Source: Eledone cirrhosa (Eukaryota). From it: 64,000 nt of DNA. This document shows positions 9,220 to 24,078 of the stretch, in pieces; position 1 is the stretch's first letter, and every line of letters begins with the position of its first letter. The position numbers and the translations under genes are program-made. Below the pieces are notes generated by a model. It was not told the origin of the DNA. It worked only from the letters and a program-made list of their open reading frames with translations, and did no database searches. The stretch spans positions 30,628,001 to 30,692,000 of the forward strand of contig OZ024761.1 of the NCBI GenBank assembly GCA_964016885.1, written 5' to 3'.

Positions 9220-10756
9220 TTTTTTTTATCCTCACACTGTAACCAATTTGCTTGATTTGAACACGTAGTCATACCATTTAAAGCTTTATTTTTCTCTTTC
9301 TAGTCGTAACACAGTCAGCATATAAATAAACGTGATTCACTTCAACACGTTGCCATACCATTTAAAACTTTATTTGGAGATGAGACAAAGACACATAAAT
9401 ACACTAAGTAGTAAACCCTTGATTTAACTTACTATGAAGATGAAGAATGTCTGTTAATATCAAAGTGACGTTAAATTTAGGGGTCACTTTCATTGTTTTT
9501 AATTTACAGAAACTCCTTAATATAATACAATGTATATATTAGAAGGAATATTTTTTATTTTCTTGTTCCGTCAAACCTTGCGTTTATTCTACACACACAC
9601 ACGTCGAAACACTTGCTTGAGCTGGCTTTCTTAGACATAATGAGAAGTGTTGGCTTTGTGGAGATTGATACAACTTTGGGTGATGTTACGAGGAGAGGCA
9701 AGGCTATGGAGAGTGTCTTAGTGGAAGAGATGATATCAGAGCAGTAACCTCCAAAGAGATGAAATTAGTGACTGAGATGCTATCATTGCATAGTTCAGAA
9801 TATATATAACAAACATATACTATAAATTTAACAAGTCAAACTACAGTTATACTCTAACACGGAAGACAAATAAAACTTTACCTCTATCATGCACGTCGTA
9901 TCCAGTGTGTTGTTATAAGAAAACCGGTGAAACACTAAATATGCCACCAGTGTAGCGATTTTATACTCTCTCTGCTTCATCGTACCACCCAGTAACATGA
10001 AACTGTGTTCAAATCCCTGGGAGGTAGAATTACGTCGCTTTAAATAAACACACTGGGGTCAGTTTGAATATTGATTTCATGTGAAAAATATATACATATT
10101 ATGATTGTACTCCGAACTATCAATATTGAAACAATTCTAATGCGCCAATAAAATTTATATATCTATACAGCAACAGTGTTTTCGATCTTTCTTACTTTTT
10201 TATTCACATTCTACAGTCACTTTAACTCTGTAATAAAACCCAACACGAGACGAACGTTAACTGCAAGTTACCCACGAAATTAACGCAAACACAAATGAAT
10301 ATATATATATATACTACTAAAATGTATTTAAAATTAAAAAATAAATACTTAAATTCAATGTATAATTACACGTACAATATGTTTTGTTGTAAAACCCTAA
10401 ATAATGATTTAAGAAATGATGTCAATCTCTTTGTACAGAGATAAACATTAATTTATGTATATGCATTGTGTGTGCGTATATACTCCATTTAAGACAGCGA
10501 AAAAGCCAGTACCTCCTTCGAAGAATGCCAAATAGTTTATGCCTCAGGGATACCGGTGTAACACTAATTAAGTTACCGGTGTAGATATTTCAGTTGAACC
10601 CTGCTTCAACAAACTACCCGGTAATTTGAAATCGAGTTCAGAGTGAGGGGTGTAAAACAGAATTCTGTTTGGAAAATAGTAAATTCTAAACCTGCTAGAA
10701 ATAATAGCCAAATGTCGTACTTTGGGTACGAGGTGCGACTCGTCTTACCTCTTCTA

Positions 10757-10792
<36 letters not shown>

Positions 10793-11095
10793 AGATTCAC
10801 GGGTCGCGGCGGAGAGAAACCACAATAAATACAATGTACTCAATAGATTGGCATAGTATATATATATATGTGTGTACATATAAATATGTGTGTGTGTGTA
10901 TGTATATATATATATGTATAAATGTATATATACATATAAATACTTATATATATATATACATAAACATATGTATACATACACACATATATAAATAAATATG
11001 TGTGTATATATATATATATCTGTGTGTCTATTTATATATATATATATAATTATTACTTAGGTTCTAAGGAATATTCCGCGAATGTCGGGGTTTAC

Positions 11096-11142
<47 letters not shown>

Positions 11143-11145
11143 ATA

Positions 11146-11538
11146 CATATTTATTACTTTCACTGTTATTTCTAGCATAAAAAAGAAAAACCGGAAGGAG
11201 AGAAAATTGAAAAACTTCTTCTTTTTCCCTCCTCTAACTTTTCAAACAAAAGGAAATTTTATGTAAACAAAAACGAAATTTTTGCCAAGAAAGATAACTC
11301 TTCTCTGACTTAAATCCAAAATTGGGATACAAAAAAAATTCCGCAATTTTTTGTATCCCAATTTTGGATTTAAGTCAGAGAAGAGTTATCTTTCTTGGCA
11401 AAAATTTCGTTTTTGTTTACATAAAATTCTCTTTTGTTTGAAAAGTTAGAGGAGGGAAAAAGAAGAAGTTTTTCAATTTTCTCCACTTCCCGTTTTTTCT
11501 AGTGTATACTAGAAATAGCAGTCAAAGCAATATATATG
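11146..11538. repeat. 393-bp palindrome, unit 2
   Basis: Copy of 4891-5283. Confidence 0.96.
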
Positions 11539-11978
11539 CCTTTTGTGACAATATATATTGTTTTAACGCTAGATTATTAACAACAATATATTGTATTTGT
11601 TGGCCTATTGGACGCAGAAGACGCTCACTCGATTTTTATTATATTTTACGTTGTATTTTGAGGTTTATAGACATTTCTATGGACCACCTACAATATTCGC
11701 GGTTTTTCACTATTCTCGGGTTCTCTAGGACTGTAAACCCCACGAATGCCGGGGGGGGGGGGTAAATGTATATGAATATATCGACTGATAATATACAGTA
11801 TAATTGTACGAGTATGCATATACATAGCAATATATATACATATTTACACATATATGTACATATATATATATAGACACACATGTATATATATATATATAGA
11901 CACACATGTATATATATATATATATGCATGTATGTATATATGTATACACATATATATATATATGAATGTCTGTATATA

Positions 11979-12014
<36 letters not shown>

Positions 12015-12635
12015 GACATGTGTGTGTGTGTGTACATTCTTAGGTATATACATATATATTTATACACACATACATACAAATATATATATTTCTATGAGTC
12101 ACAGTTTATTACACATTGGAGACAGAGTGAGAGATTTAGCTTTCATTTTTAGCAGATTTAGAAACTTTGCAAACGCTTTATTTTTTCTTATTGCCGGTAC
12201 TCTGAACACGATTTGAAATGACTGGAGTGAGTTTATAAAAGGGTAAACTGAAATAGTTGCACCGGTAATATATTTAGTGTTACACCGGTATTTTCGAAAC
12301 AGTCTCTTTCGCCTGCAAGAGGTAACGTTTTCTATGCCGTCTCTGTTAGTGTAGAACTGTAGGTTGACTTGCCTGGTTTTTACAACTCTTTGTCAACATG
12401 CATATTATTATTATATACTTTCAAACACACTTACATATATTATATTTATAAACATATAGGATTTTACTAAGTTTTTATTCTTTCTAATGTGAAGAGATAG
12501 AAATAATAAGTTAAAACTAAAGTATAATGATATAACAACCGTATATAATAGTTTCCTCCCTTTTATTGAGATGCAAACGTTTTAAAGAAAAAACATGACA
12601 GTATAAGAAATATTTAATATCATAACATATAATAT

Positions 12636-15164
12636 TTCAGGTAGGATGGTCGTTTCTCTTGTCTTCCACCTCTAGTTGTAGATTCTTCATGTCCTCTCTA
12701 GCCATAATTATGTCGTCGACATATGCATAAGTTTGATTTCTTCTTGAATGAATTGCAAATCTTGAGGTAGCCTTCTTGGTACATTTATTAGCTTTAATTC
12801 GTGTTTACACTGCTTGTAATAATTCGTACGTTTTTTACTTTAGATGAAACATATATATAAAAACGTCTGTGGCTGTAGTATACCTTTAAGTTTGATTTCA
12901 ATAGAAAAATACTTACTGAACATGTGTAACACAATTATAACTGGATCTACTTAGTTCCTAGCCACTAGAAAAAAATCTATTTGATAGAAGTTATTTCCTA
13001 GTTCTATGCACTGTCAATATCCCTTCTACTTTTTATATGCTTGTGTTTGTTAAAGAAACATTCTCTGATTTAGGAACCACGATCTTCTCGCACCACCGTT
13101 GTAGTAATTCTTGTTAAATGTTTTGTCTGGTCTATTGTCAATAAGTGGCCTTGTTTTCTGATTATGAATAAAGTTAAGTGGTCTACTGAATTGTCTTAAT
13201 TATTGCTAATTTATAAGTTTGTTTAACTGCCGATAACTTTTAAATCTATTTCTTAGGTTGCTTAGGCCTACAAATCTTATATCAGTGTCCCTTCTTTTGA
13301 CACTTTCTACGAGTGAATCCTTAAATTGACATTTTATTTTGGGTTGTACTGCCTTATCCCACCTATAATAGCTAGAAGCAAATATAGTAAAAACAGGTCC
13401 TTGACTGTGGAGACTAATATGAGTTATGTTGAATATAATTGTTGAGGTTTATTCAATCTAAGAGAAGAAAAAATAAGTAAAGTGCAAAATTAACGTTTAA
13501 AGACGAGAAAAGTATTTCTCTTTCTCTCTGGCAAAATAAATCTGCTGTTTTTAGACCTAGAGGAGGGGAGGATTGACTCGGTCAGGTTTAAATGCCCACA
13601 TGACGGTAATTACGGCACCCCTACAACAACAGTTAAGTGTCTATAACCACCACGCATTTATGAGACTAAAAACCTTGCTAGTGTATTTTTATTTTGGTAC
13701 AAAAGTTTTTAAATAATTTCATAAGTTTTAAATTCAAGTAAGTCCAATATAACGTATTTAAACGAATCTATAGATAGGATTTCAATATCTTCCAGAGCTT
13801 ATGAAATAGTAAAACAATTTTTTTTCTTTTCAATTATATCAAATACCATAAGTTGTTGTTTATGAAAGAAATGCTAAAATAGATTTAGTTAGTATGACTC
13901 TGAAATGTGTTCATAAACGGTAATGTTATGTTTTCCTTAGAGCCTGTCTGTCTTACAGTATGTTTACACACAATACATACATGCATAGACATAAATTAAT
14001 TGTTTATTATCTATATTCATCTGTTTACACTCCTCGTAATAATTCGAGCGGTTTTGTTTTTGTTTTTTCTTCAAGAGATACGTAGATAGAAAAACGTTTG
14101 TGGCTTTAGTATTGCTTATTTTAAAGTTTTGTTTAATTGCCGATAAATTTGAAATATATTTGTTAGGTTTCTTAGAACTACAAATCTTTCTTATGACACT
14201 TACTACGGAATAAATTCTTAGCTGGATACTTTACTTTGTGATTACTTTCCTCCCAAAGCCATGACAGCTTGAATCAGATGTAGCAAAAACTTGGGAAGAC
14301 TGACATGAGTTATGTTGAATATAAGTGTAGACGTAAAATATTTTTGTTTATTCAATCTAAAGGGAAGGAAAAAGAATTATAAGTCAAGTGCAAAATTAAC
14401 GTTTAAAGGCATAAGAAAGGTATCTCGCTTTCTCTCCTGTAAAACAAATAGGCTGTTTTTAGACCAGGAGGATGGGAGGATTGACTCAGTCAGATTTAAA
14501 TGCACACATGACGGTAAATACGACAGTCCTACAACAGTTAAGTGTCTATAACAACCATGCATTTAAGAGACTGAAAACCTTACTAATGTGTTTTTATTTT
14601 GGTATTTAAAAACAAATTATATATTTAATTTCATGTAAGTCAAATACAATGTATTTAAATGAATCTACAGATGGAGTTGCAATATCTGCCAGGACTTTGG
14701 AAATAGGGAAATATATAATTTTTTAAATTAAAACTACTTTTCAAAGGAATAATAAAGATATATATATACACACACACACACACACATCTCTAGTGGAGAT
14801 ATTTCTGAGATTGGAAACCCTATCGATGTATGTATTTTGTCACTGAAAAGTTATCAAAAAATTATTATTATATATACATGTTTGTGTTTTTGACGTAAGT
14901 AAAACGAATCTATATACGAGGTTTTCGATACCTGCCAGAGCTTATGAAATAGTAAAAGAATATTTTTATTTTTCAATTATGTCAAACATCGTATGTGGTT
15001 CTTTATTAAAGAAATGCTAAAATAGATTTAAATATATGAAATTTGCACAGTAGAATTACGGCCGCTTGGCTGGCGTCTGGTAAAGTGGTGGTAGTGTAGG
15101 TTCGAGCGGAGGGGAAACTAAAAAGGTGGCTTCGAGATGATCGTGGCCCCGGGTAGCCCAGAAG
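12636..15164 (-). mobile_element. Gypsy relics A+B+C, unit 3
   Basis: Copy of 113-2645. Confidence 0.8.
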
Positions 15165-15397
15165 ATAGAGACCAATCTCTTAAATTAAAAATGTTTTAAA
15201 CTTAAGATAAAGTAGACGATCGAAACCCTATCTCCAAATCTATACACACTCAATTGATGCATAGATACACCACAACTACCCACATGACCACCTACAGACC
15301 AACAAATATGGAGTGAAAATAAACACATTTAAAGCTATTTTATTGTTAGACTAAAAATAAGTTTATATATGTAAATATTCAAAAGAAAATCACTCAA

Positions 15398-15468
15398 GTC
15401 TTTATAGTCTAGTGGTAAGACATAGGACTGGGGAATGCCGTGTTTGGATTTCGAATCAACTTAAAACA
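15398..15468 (+). pseudogene. tRNA-like sequence, unit 3
   Basis: Copy of 2887-2957. Confidence 0.62.
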
Positions 15469-17005
15469 TTTTTTTTATCCTCACACTGTAACCAATTTGC
15501 TTGATTTGAACACGTAGTCATACCATTTAAAGCTTTATTTTTCTCTTTCTAGTCGTAACACAGTCAGCATATAAATAAACGTGATTCACTTCAACACGTT
15601 GCCATACCATTTAAAACTTTATTTGGAGATGAGACAAAGACACATAAATACACTAAGTAGTAAACCCTTGATTTAACTTACTATGAAGATGAAGAATGTC
15701 TGTTAATATCAAAGTGACGTTAAATTTAGGGGTCACTTTCATTGTTTTTAATTTACAGAAACTCCTTAATATAATACAATGTATATATTAGAAGGAATAT
15801 TTTTTATTTTCTTGTTCCGTCAAACCTTGCGTTTATTCTACACACACACACGTCGAAACACTTGCTTGAGCTGGCTTTCTTAGACATAATGAGAAGTGTT
15901 GGCTTTGTGGAGATTGATACAACTTTGGGTGATGTTACGAGGAGAGGCAAGGCTATGGAGAGTGTCTTAGTGGAAGAGATGATATCAGAGCAGTAACCTC
16001 CAAAGAGATGAAATTAGTGACTGAGATGCTATCATTGCATAGTTCAGAATATATATAACAAACATATACTATAAATTTAACAAGTCAAACTACAGTTATA
16101 CTCTAACACGGAAGACAAATAAAACTTTACCTCTATCATGCACGTCGTATCCAGTGTGTTGTTATAAGAAAACCGGTGAAACACTAAATATGCCACCAGT
16201 GTAGCGATTTTATACTCTCTCTGCTTCATCGTACCACCCAGTAACATGAAACTGTGTTCAAATCCCTGGGAGGTAGAATTACGTCGCTTTAAATAAACAC
16301 ACTGGGGTCAGTTTGAATATTGATTTCATGTGAAAAATATATACATATTATGATTGTACTCCGAACTATCAATATTGAAACAATTCTAATGCGCCAATAA
16401 AATTTATATATCTATACAGCAACAGTGTTTTCGATCTTTCTTACTTTTTTATTCACATTCTACAGTCACTTTAACTCTGTAATAAAACCCAACACGAGAC
16501 GAACGTTAACTGCAAGTTACCCACGAAATTAACGCAAACACAAATGAATATATATATATATACTACTAAAATGTATTTAAAATTAAAAAATAAATACTTA
16601 AATTCAATGTATAATTACACGTACAATATGTTTTGTTGTAAAACCCTAAATAATGATTTAAGAAATGATGTCAATCTCTTTGTACAGAGATAAACATTAA
16701 TTTATGTATATGCATTGTGTGTGCGTATATACTCCATTTAAGACAGCGAAAAAGCCAGTACCTCCTTCGAAGAATGCCAAATAGTTTATGCCTCAGGGAT
16801 ACCGGTGTAACACTAATTAAGTTACCGGTGTAGATATTTCAGTTGAACCCTGCTTCAACAAACTACCCGGTAATTTGAAATCGAGTTCAGAGTGAGGGGT
16901 GTAAAACAGAATTCTGTTTGGAAAATAGTAAATTCTAAACCTGCTAGAAATAATAGCCAAATGTCGTACTTTGGGTACGAGGTGCGACTCGTCTTACCTC
17001 TTCTA

Positions 17006-17041
<36 letters not shown>

Positions 17042-17344
17042 AGATTCACGGGTCGCGGCGGAGAGAAACCACAATAAATACAATGTACTCAATAGATTGG
17101 CATAGTATATATATATATGTGTGTACATATAAATATGTGTGTGTGTGTATGTATATATATATATGTATAAATGTATATATACATATAAATACTTATATAT
17201 ATATATACATAAACATATGTATACATACACACATATATAAATAAATATGTGTGTATATATATATATATCTGTGTGTCTATTTATATATATATATATAATT
17301 ATTACTTAGGTTCTAAGGAATATTCCGCGAATGTCGGGGTTTAC

Positions 17345-17391
<47 letters not shown>

Positions 17392-17394
17392 ATA

Positions 17395-17787
17395 CATATT
17401 TATTACTTTCACTGTTATTTCTAGCATAAAAAAGAAAAACCGGAAGGAGAGAAAATTGAAAAACTTCTTCTTTTTCCCTCCTCTAACTTTTCAAACAAAA
17501 GGAAATTTTATGTAAACAAAAACGAAATTTTTGCCAAGAAAGATAACTCTTCTCTGACTTAAATCCAAAATTGGGATACAAAAAAAATTCCGCAATTTTT
17601 TGTATCCCAATTTTGGATTTAAGTCAGAGAAGAGTTATCTTTCTTGGCAAAAATTTCGTTTTTGTTTACATAAAATTCTCTTTTGTTTGAAAAGTTAGAG
17701 GAGGGAAAAAGAAGAAGTTTTTCAATTTTCTCCACTTCCCGTTTTTTCTAGTGTATACTAGAAATAGCAGTCAAAGCAATATATATG
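17395..17787. repeat. 393-bp palindrome, unit 3
   Basis: Copy of 4891-5283. Confidence 0.96.
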
Positions 17788-18231
17788 CCTTTTGTGACAA
17801 TATATATTGTTTTAACGCTAGATTATTAACAACAATATATTGTATTTGTTGGCCTATTGGACGCAGAAGACGCTCACTCGATTTTTATTATATTTTACGT
17901 TGTATTTTGAGGTTTATAGACATTTCTATGGACCACCTACAATATTCGCGGTTTTTCACTATTCTCGGGTTCTCTAGGACTGTAAACCCCACGAATGCCG
18001 GGGGGGGGGGGGGGGTAAATGTATATGAATATATCGACTGATAATATACAGTATAATTGTACGAGTATGCATATACATAGCAATATATATACATATTTAC
18101 ACATATATGTACATATATATATATAGACACACATGTATATATATATATATAGACACACATGTATATATATATATATATGCATGTATGTATATATGTATAC
18201 ACATATATATATATATGAATGTCTGTATATA

Positions 18232-18267
<36 letters not shown>

Positions 18268-18888
18268 GACATGTGTGTGTGTGTGTACATTCTTAGGTAT
18301 ATACATATATATTTATACACACATACATACAAATATATATATTTCTATGAGTCACAGTTTATTACACATTGGAGACAGAGTGAGAGATTTAGCTTTCATT
18401 TTTAGCAGATTTAGAAACTTTGCAAACGCTTTATTTTTTCTTATTGCCGGTACTCTGAACACGATTTGAAATGACTGGAGTGAGTTTATAAAAGGGTAAA
18501 CTGAAATAGTTGCACCGGTAATATATTTAGTGTTACACCGGTATTTTCGAAACAGTCTCTTTCGCCTGCAAGAGGTAACGTTTTCTATGCCGTCTCTGTT
18601 AGTGTAGAACTGTAGGTTGACTTGCCTGGTTTTTACAACTCTTTGTCAACATGCATATTATTATTATATACTTTCAAACACACTTACATATATTATATTT
18701 ATAAACATATAGGATTTTACTAAGTTTTTATTCTTTCTAATGTGAAGAGATAGAAATAATAAGTTAAAACTAAAGTATAATGATATAACAACCGTATATA
18801 ATAGTTTCCTCCCTTTTATTGAGATGCAAACGTTTTAAAGAAAAAACATGACAGTATAAGAAATATTTAATATCATAACATATAATAT

Positions 18889-21008
18889 TTCAGGTAGGAT
18901 GGTCGTTTCTCTTGTCTTCCACCTCTAGTTGTAGATTCTTCATGTCCTCTCTAGCCATAATTATGTCGTCGACATATGCATAAGTTTGATTTCTTCTTGA
19001 ATGAATTGCAAATCTTGAGGTAGCCTTCTTGGTACATTTATTAGCTTTAATTCGTGTTTACACTGCTTGTAATAATTCGTACGTTTTTTACTTTAGATGA
19101 AACATATATATAAAAACGTCTGTGGCTTTAGTATACCTTTAAGTTTGATTTCAATAGAAAAATATTTACTGAACATGTGTAACACAATTATAACTGGAGC
19201 TACTAAGTTCCTAGCCACTAGAAAATCTATTTGATAGAAGTTATTTCCTAGTTCTATGCACTGTCAATATCCCTTCTACTTTTTATATGCTTGTGTTTGT
19301 TAAAGAAACATTCCCTGATTTAGGAACCACGATCTTCTCGCACCACCGTTGTAGTAATTCTTGTTAAATGTTTTGTCTGGTCTATTGTCAATAAGTGGCC
19401 TTGTTTTCTGATTATGAATAAAGTTAAGTGGTCTACTGAATTGTCTTAATTATTGCTAATTTATAAGTTTGTTTAACTGCCGATAACTTTTAAATCTATT
19501 TCTTAGGTTGCTTAGGCCTACAAATCTTATATCAATGTCCCTTCTTTTGACACTTTCTACGAGTGAATCCTTAAATTGACATTTTATTTTGGGTTGTACT
19601 GCCTTATCCCACCTATAACAGCTAGAAGCAAATATAGTAAAAACAGGTCCTTGACTGTGGAGACTAAATATGAGTTATGTTGAATACAATTGTTGAGGTT
19701 TATTCAATCTAAGAGAAGAAAAAATAAGTAAAGTGCAAAATTAACGTTTAAAGAGAAGAAAAGTATTTCTCTTTCTCTCTGGCAAAATAAATCTGCTGTT
19801 TTTAGACCTAGAGGAGGGGAGGATTGACTCAGTCAGGTTTAAATGCCCACATGACGGTAATTACGGCACCCCTACAACAACAGTTAAGTGTCTATAACCA
19901 CCACGCATTTATGAGACTAAAAACCTTGCTAGTGTATTTTTATTTTGGTACAAAAGTTTTTAAATAATTTCATAAGTTTTAAATTCAAGTAAGTCCAATA
20001 TAACGTATTTAAACGAATCTATAGATAGGATTTCAATATCTTCCAGAGCTTATGAAATAGTAAAACAATTTTTTTTCTTTTCAATTATATCAAATACCAT
20101 AAGTTGTTCTTTATGAAAGAAATGCTAAAATAGATTTAGTTAGTATGACTCTGAAATGTGTTCATAAACGGTAATGTTATGTTTTCCTTAGAGCCTGTCT
20201 GTCTTACAGTATGTTTACACACAATACATACATGCATATACATAAATTAATTGTTTATTATCTATATTCATCTGTTTACACTCCTCGTAATAATTCGAGC
20301 GGTTTTGTTTTTGTTTTTTCTTCAGGAGATACGTAGATAGAAAAACGTTTGTGGCTTTAGTATTGCTTATTTTTAAGTTTTGTTTAATTGCCGATAAATT
20401 TGAAATATATTTGTTAGGTTTCTTAGAACTACAAATCTTTCTTATGACACTTACTACGGAATAAATTCTTAGCTGGATACTTTACTTTGTGATTACTTTC
20501 CTCCCAAAGCCATGACAGCTTGAATCAGATGTAGCAAAAACTTGGGAAGGCTGACATGAGTTATGTTGAATATAAGTGTAGACGTAAAATATTTTTGTTT
20601 ATTCAATCTAAAGGGAAGGAAAAAGAATTATAAGTCAAGTGCAAAATTAACGTTTAAAGGCATAAGAAAGGTATCTCGCTTTCTCTCCTGTAAAACAAAT
20701 AGGCTGTTTTTAGACCAGGAGGATGGGAGGATTGACTCAGTCAGATTTAAATGCACACATGACGGTAAATACGACAGTCCTACAACAGTTAAGTGTCTAT
20801 AACAACCATGCATTTAAGAGACTGAAAACCTTACTAATGTGTTTTTATTTTGGTATTTAAAAACAAATTATATATTTAATTTCATGTAAGTCAAATACAA
20901 TGTATTTAAATGAATCTACAGATGGAGTTGCAATATCTGCCAGGACTTTGGAAATAGGGAAATATATAATTTTTTAAATTAAAACTACTTTTCAAAGGAA
21001 TAATAAAG

Positions 21009-21041
<33 letters not shown>

Positions 21042-21419
21042 TCTCTAGTGGAGATATTTCTGAGATTGGAAACCCTATCGATGTATGTATTTTGTCACTG
21101 AAAAGTTATCAAAAAATTATTATTATATATACATGTTTGTGTTTTTGACGTAAGTAAAACGAATCTATATACGAGGTTTTCGATACCTGCCAGAGCTTAT
21201 GAAATAGTAAAAGAATATTTTTATTTTTCAATTATGTCAAACATCGTATGTGGTTCTTTATTAAAGAAATGCTAAAATAGATTTAAATATATGAAATTTG
21301 CACAGTAGAATTACGGCCGCTTGGCTGGCGTCTGGTAAAGTGGTGGTAGTGTAGGTTCGAGCGGAGGGGAAACTAAAAAGGTGGCTTCGAGATGATCGTG
21401 GCCCCGGGTAGCCCAGAAG
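18889..21419 (-). mobile_element. Gypsy relics A+B+C, unit 4
   Basis: Copy of 113-2645. Confidence 0.8.
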
Positions 21420-21660
21420 ATAGAGACCAATCTCTTAAATTAAAAAAATAAAAATGTTTTAAACTTAAGATAAAGTAGACGATCGAAACCCTATCTCCAA
21501 ATCTATACACACTCAATTGATGCATAGATACACCACAACTACCCACATGACCACCTACAGACCAACAAATATGGAGTGAAAATAAACACATTTAAAGCTA
21601 CTTTATTGTTAGACTAAAAATAAGTTTATATATGTAAATATTCAAAAGAAAATCACTTAA

Positions 21661-21731
21661 GTCTTTATAGTCTAGTGGTAAGACATAGGACTGGGGAATG
21701 CCGTGTTTGGATTTCGAATCAACTTAAAACA
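21661..21731 (+). pseudogene. tRNA-like sequence, unit 4
   Basis: Copy of 2887-2957. Confidence 0.62.
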
Positions 21732-23270
21732 TTTTTTTTATCCTCACACTGTAAGGAATTTGCCTGATTTGAACACGTAGTCATACCATTTAAAGCTTTA
21801 TTTTTCTCTTTCTAGTCGTAACACAGTCAGCATATAAATAAACGTGATTCACTTCAACACGTTGCCATACCATTTAAAACTTTATTTGGAGATGAGACAA
21901 AGACACATAAATACACTAAGTAGTAAACCCTTGATTTAACTTACTATGAAGATGAAGAATGTCTGTTAATATCAAAGTGACGTTAAATTTAGGGGTCACT
22001 TTCATTGTTTTTAATTTACAGAAACTCCTTAATATAATACAATGTATATATTAGAAGGAATATTTTTTATTTTCTTGTTCCGTCAAACCTTGCGTTTATT
22101 CTACACACACACACGTCGAAACACTTGCTTGAGCTGGCTTTCTTAGACATAATGAGAAGTGTTGGCTTTGTGGAGATTGATACAACTTTGGGTGATGTTA
22201 CGAGGAGAGGCAAGGCTATGGAGAGTGTCTTAGTGGAAGAGATGATATCAGAGCAGTAACCTCCAAAGAGATGAAATTAGTGACTGAGATGCTATCATTG
22301 CATAGTTCAGAATATATATAACAAACATATACTATAAATTTAACAAGTCAAACTACAGTTATACTCTAACACGGAAGACAAATAAAACTTTACCTCTATC
22401 ATGCACGTCGTATCCAGTGTGTTGTTATAAGAAAACCGGTGAAACACTAAATATGCCACCAGTGTAGCGATTTTATACTCTCTCTGCTTCATCGTACCAC
22501 CCAGTAACATGAAACTGTGTTCAAATCCCTGGGAGGTAGAATTACGTCGCTTTAAATAAACACACTGGGGTCAGTTTGAATATTGATTTCATGTGAAAAA
22601 TATATACATATTATGATTGTACTCCGAACTATCAATATTGAAACAATTCTAATGCGCCAATAAAATTTATATATCTATACAGCAACAGTGTTTTCGATCT
22701 TTCTTACTTTTTTATTCACATTCTACAGTCACTTTAACTCTGTAATAAAACCCAACACGAGACGAACGTTAACTGCAAGTTACCCACGAAATTAACGCAA
22801 ACACAAATGAATATATATATATATATACTACTAAAATGTATTTAAAATTAAAAAATAAATACTTAAATTCAATGTATAATTACACGTACAATATGTTTTG
22901 TTGTAAAACCCTAAATAATGATTTAAGAAATGATGTCAATCTCTTTGTACAGAGATAAACATTAATTTATGTATATGCATTGTGTGTGCGTATATACTCC
23001 ATTTAAGACAGCGAAAAAGCCAGTACCTCCTTCGAAGAATGCCAAATAGTTTATGCCTCAGGGATACCGGTGTAACACTAATTAAGTTACCGGTGTAGAT
23101 ATTTCAGTCGAACCCTGCTTCAACAAACTACCCGGTAATTTGAAATCGAGTTCAGAGTGAGGGGTGTAAAACAGAATTCTGTTTGGAAAATAGTAAATTC
23201 TAAACCTGCTAGAAATAATAGCCAAATGTCGTACTTTGGGTACGAGGTGCGACTCGTCTTACCTCTTCTA

Positions 23271-23316
<46 letters not shown>

Positions 23317-23546
23317 TCACGGGTCGCGGCGGAGAGAAACCACAATAAATACAATGTACTCAATAGATTGGCATAGTATATATATATATGTGTGTACATA
23401 TAAATATGTGTGTGTGTGTATGTATATATATATATGTATAAATGTATATATACATATAAATACTTATATATATATATACATAAACATATGTATACATACA
23501 CACATATATAAATAAATATGTGTGTATATATATATATATCTGTGTG

Positions 23547-23608
<62 letters not shown>

Positions 23609-23685
23609 TTACTTAGGTTCTAAGGAATATTCCGCGAATGTCGGGGTTTACTGTGTGTGTATATATATATATATATATGTATATA

Positions 23686-24078
23686 CATATTTATTACTTT
23701 CACTGTTATTTCTAGCATAAAAAAGAAAAACCGGAAGGGGAGAAAATTGAAAAACTTCTTCTTTTTCCCTCCTCTAACTTTTTAAACAAAAGGAAATTTG
23801 ATGTAAACAAAAACGAAATTTTTGCCAAGAAAGATAACTCTTCTCTGACTTAAATCCAAAATTGGGATACAAAAAAAATTCCGCAATTTTTTGTATCCCA
23901 ATTTTGGATTTAAGTCAGAGAAGAGTTATCTTTCTTGGCAAAAATTTCGTTTTTGTTTACATAAAATTCTCTTTTGTTTGAAAAGTTAGAGGAGGGAAAA
24001 AGAAGAAGTTTTTCAATTTTCTCCACTTCCCGTTTTTTCTAGTGTATACTAGAAATAGCAGTCAAAGCAATATATATG
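23686..24078. repeat. 393-bp palindrome, unit 4
   Basis: Copy of 4891-5283. Confidence 0.96.

Larger units (their letters stand above)
6275..12523. repeat. Array unit 2 (6249 bp)
   Basis: Anchor-to-anchor distance. Confidence 0.97.
12524..18776. repeat. Array unit 3 (6253 bp)
   Basis: Anchor-to-anchor distance. Confidence 0.97.
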
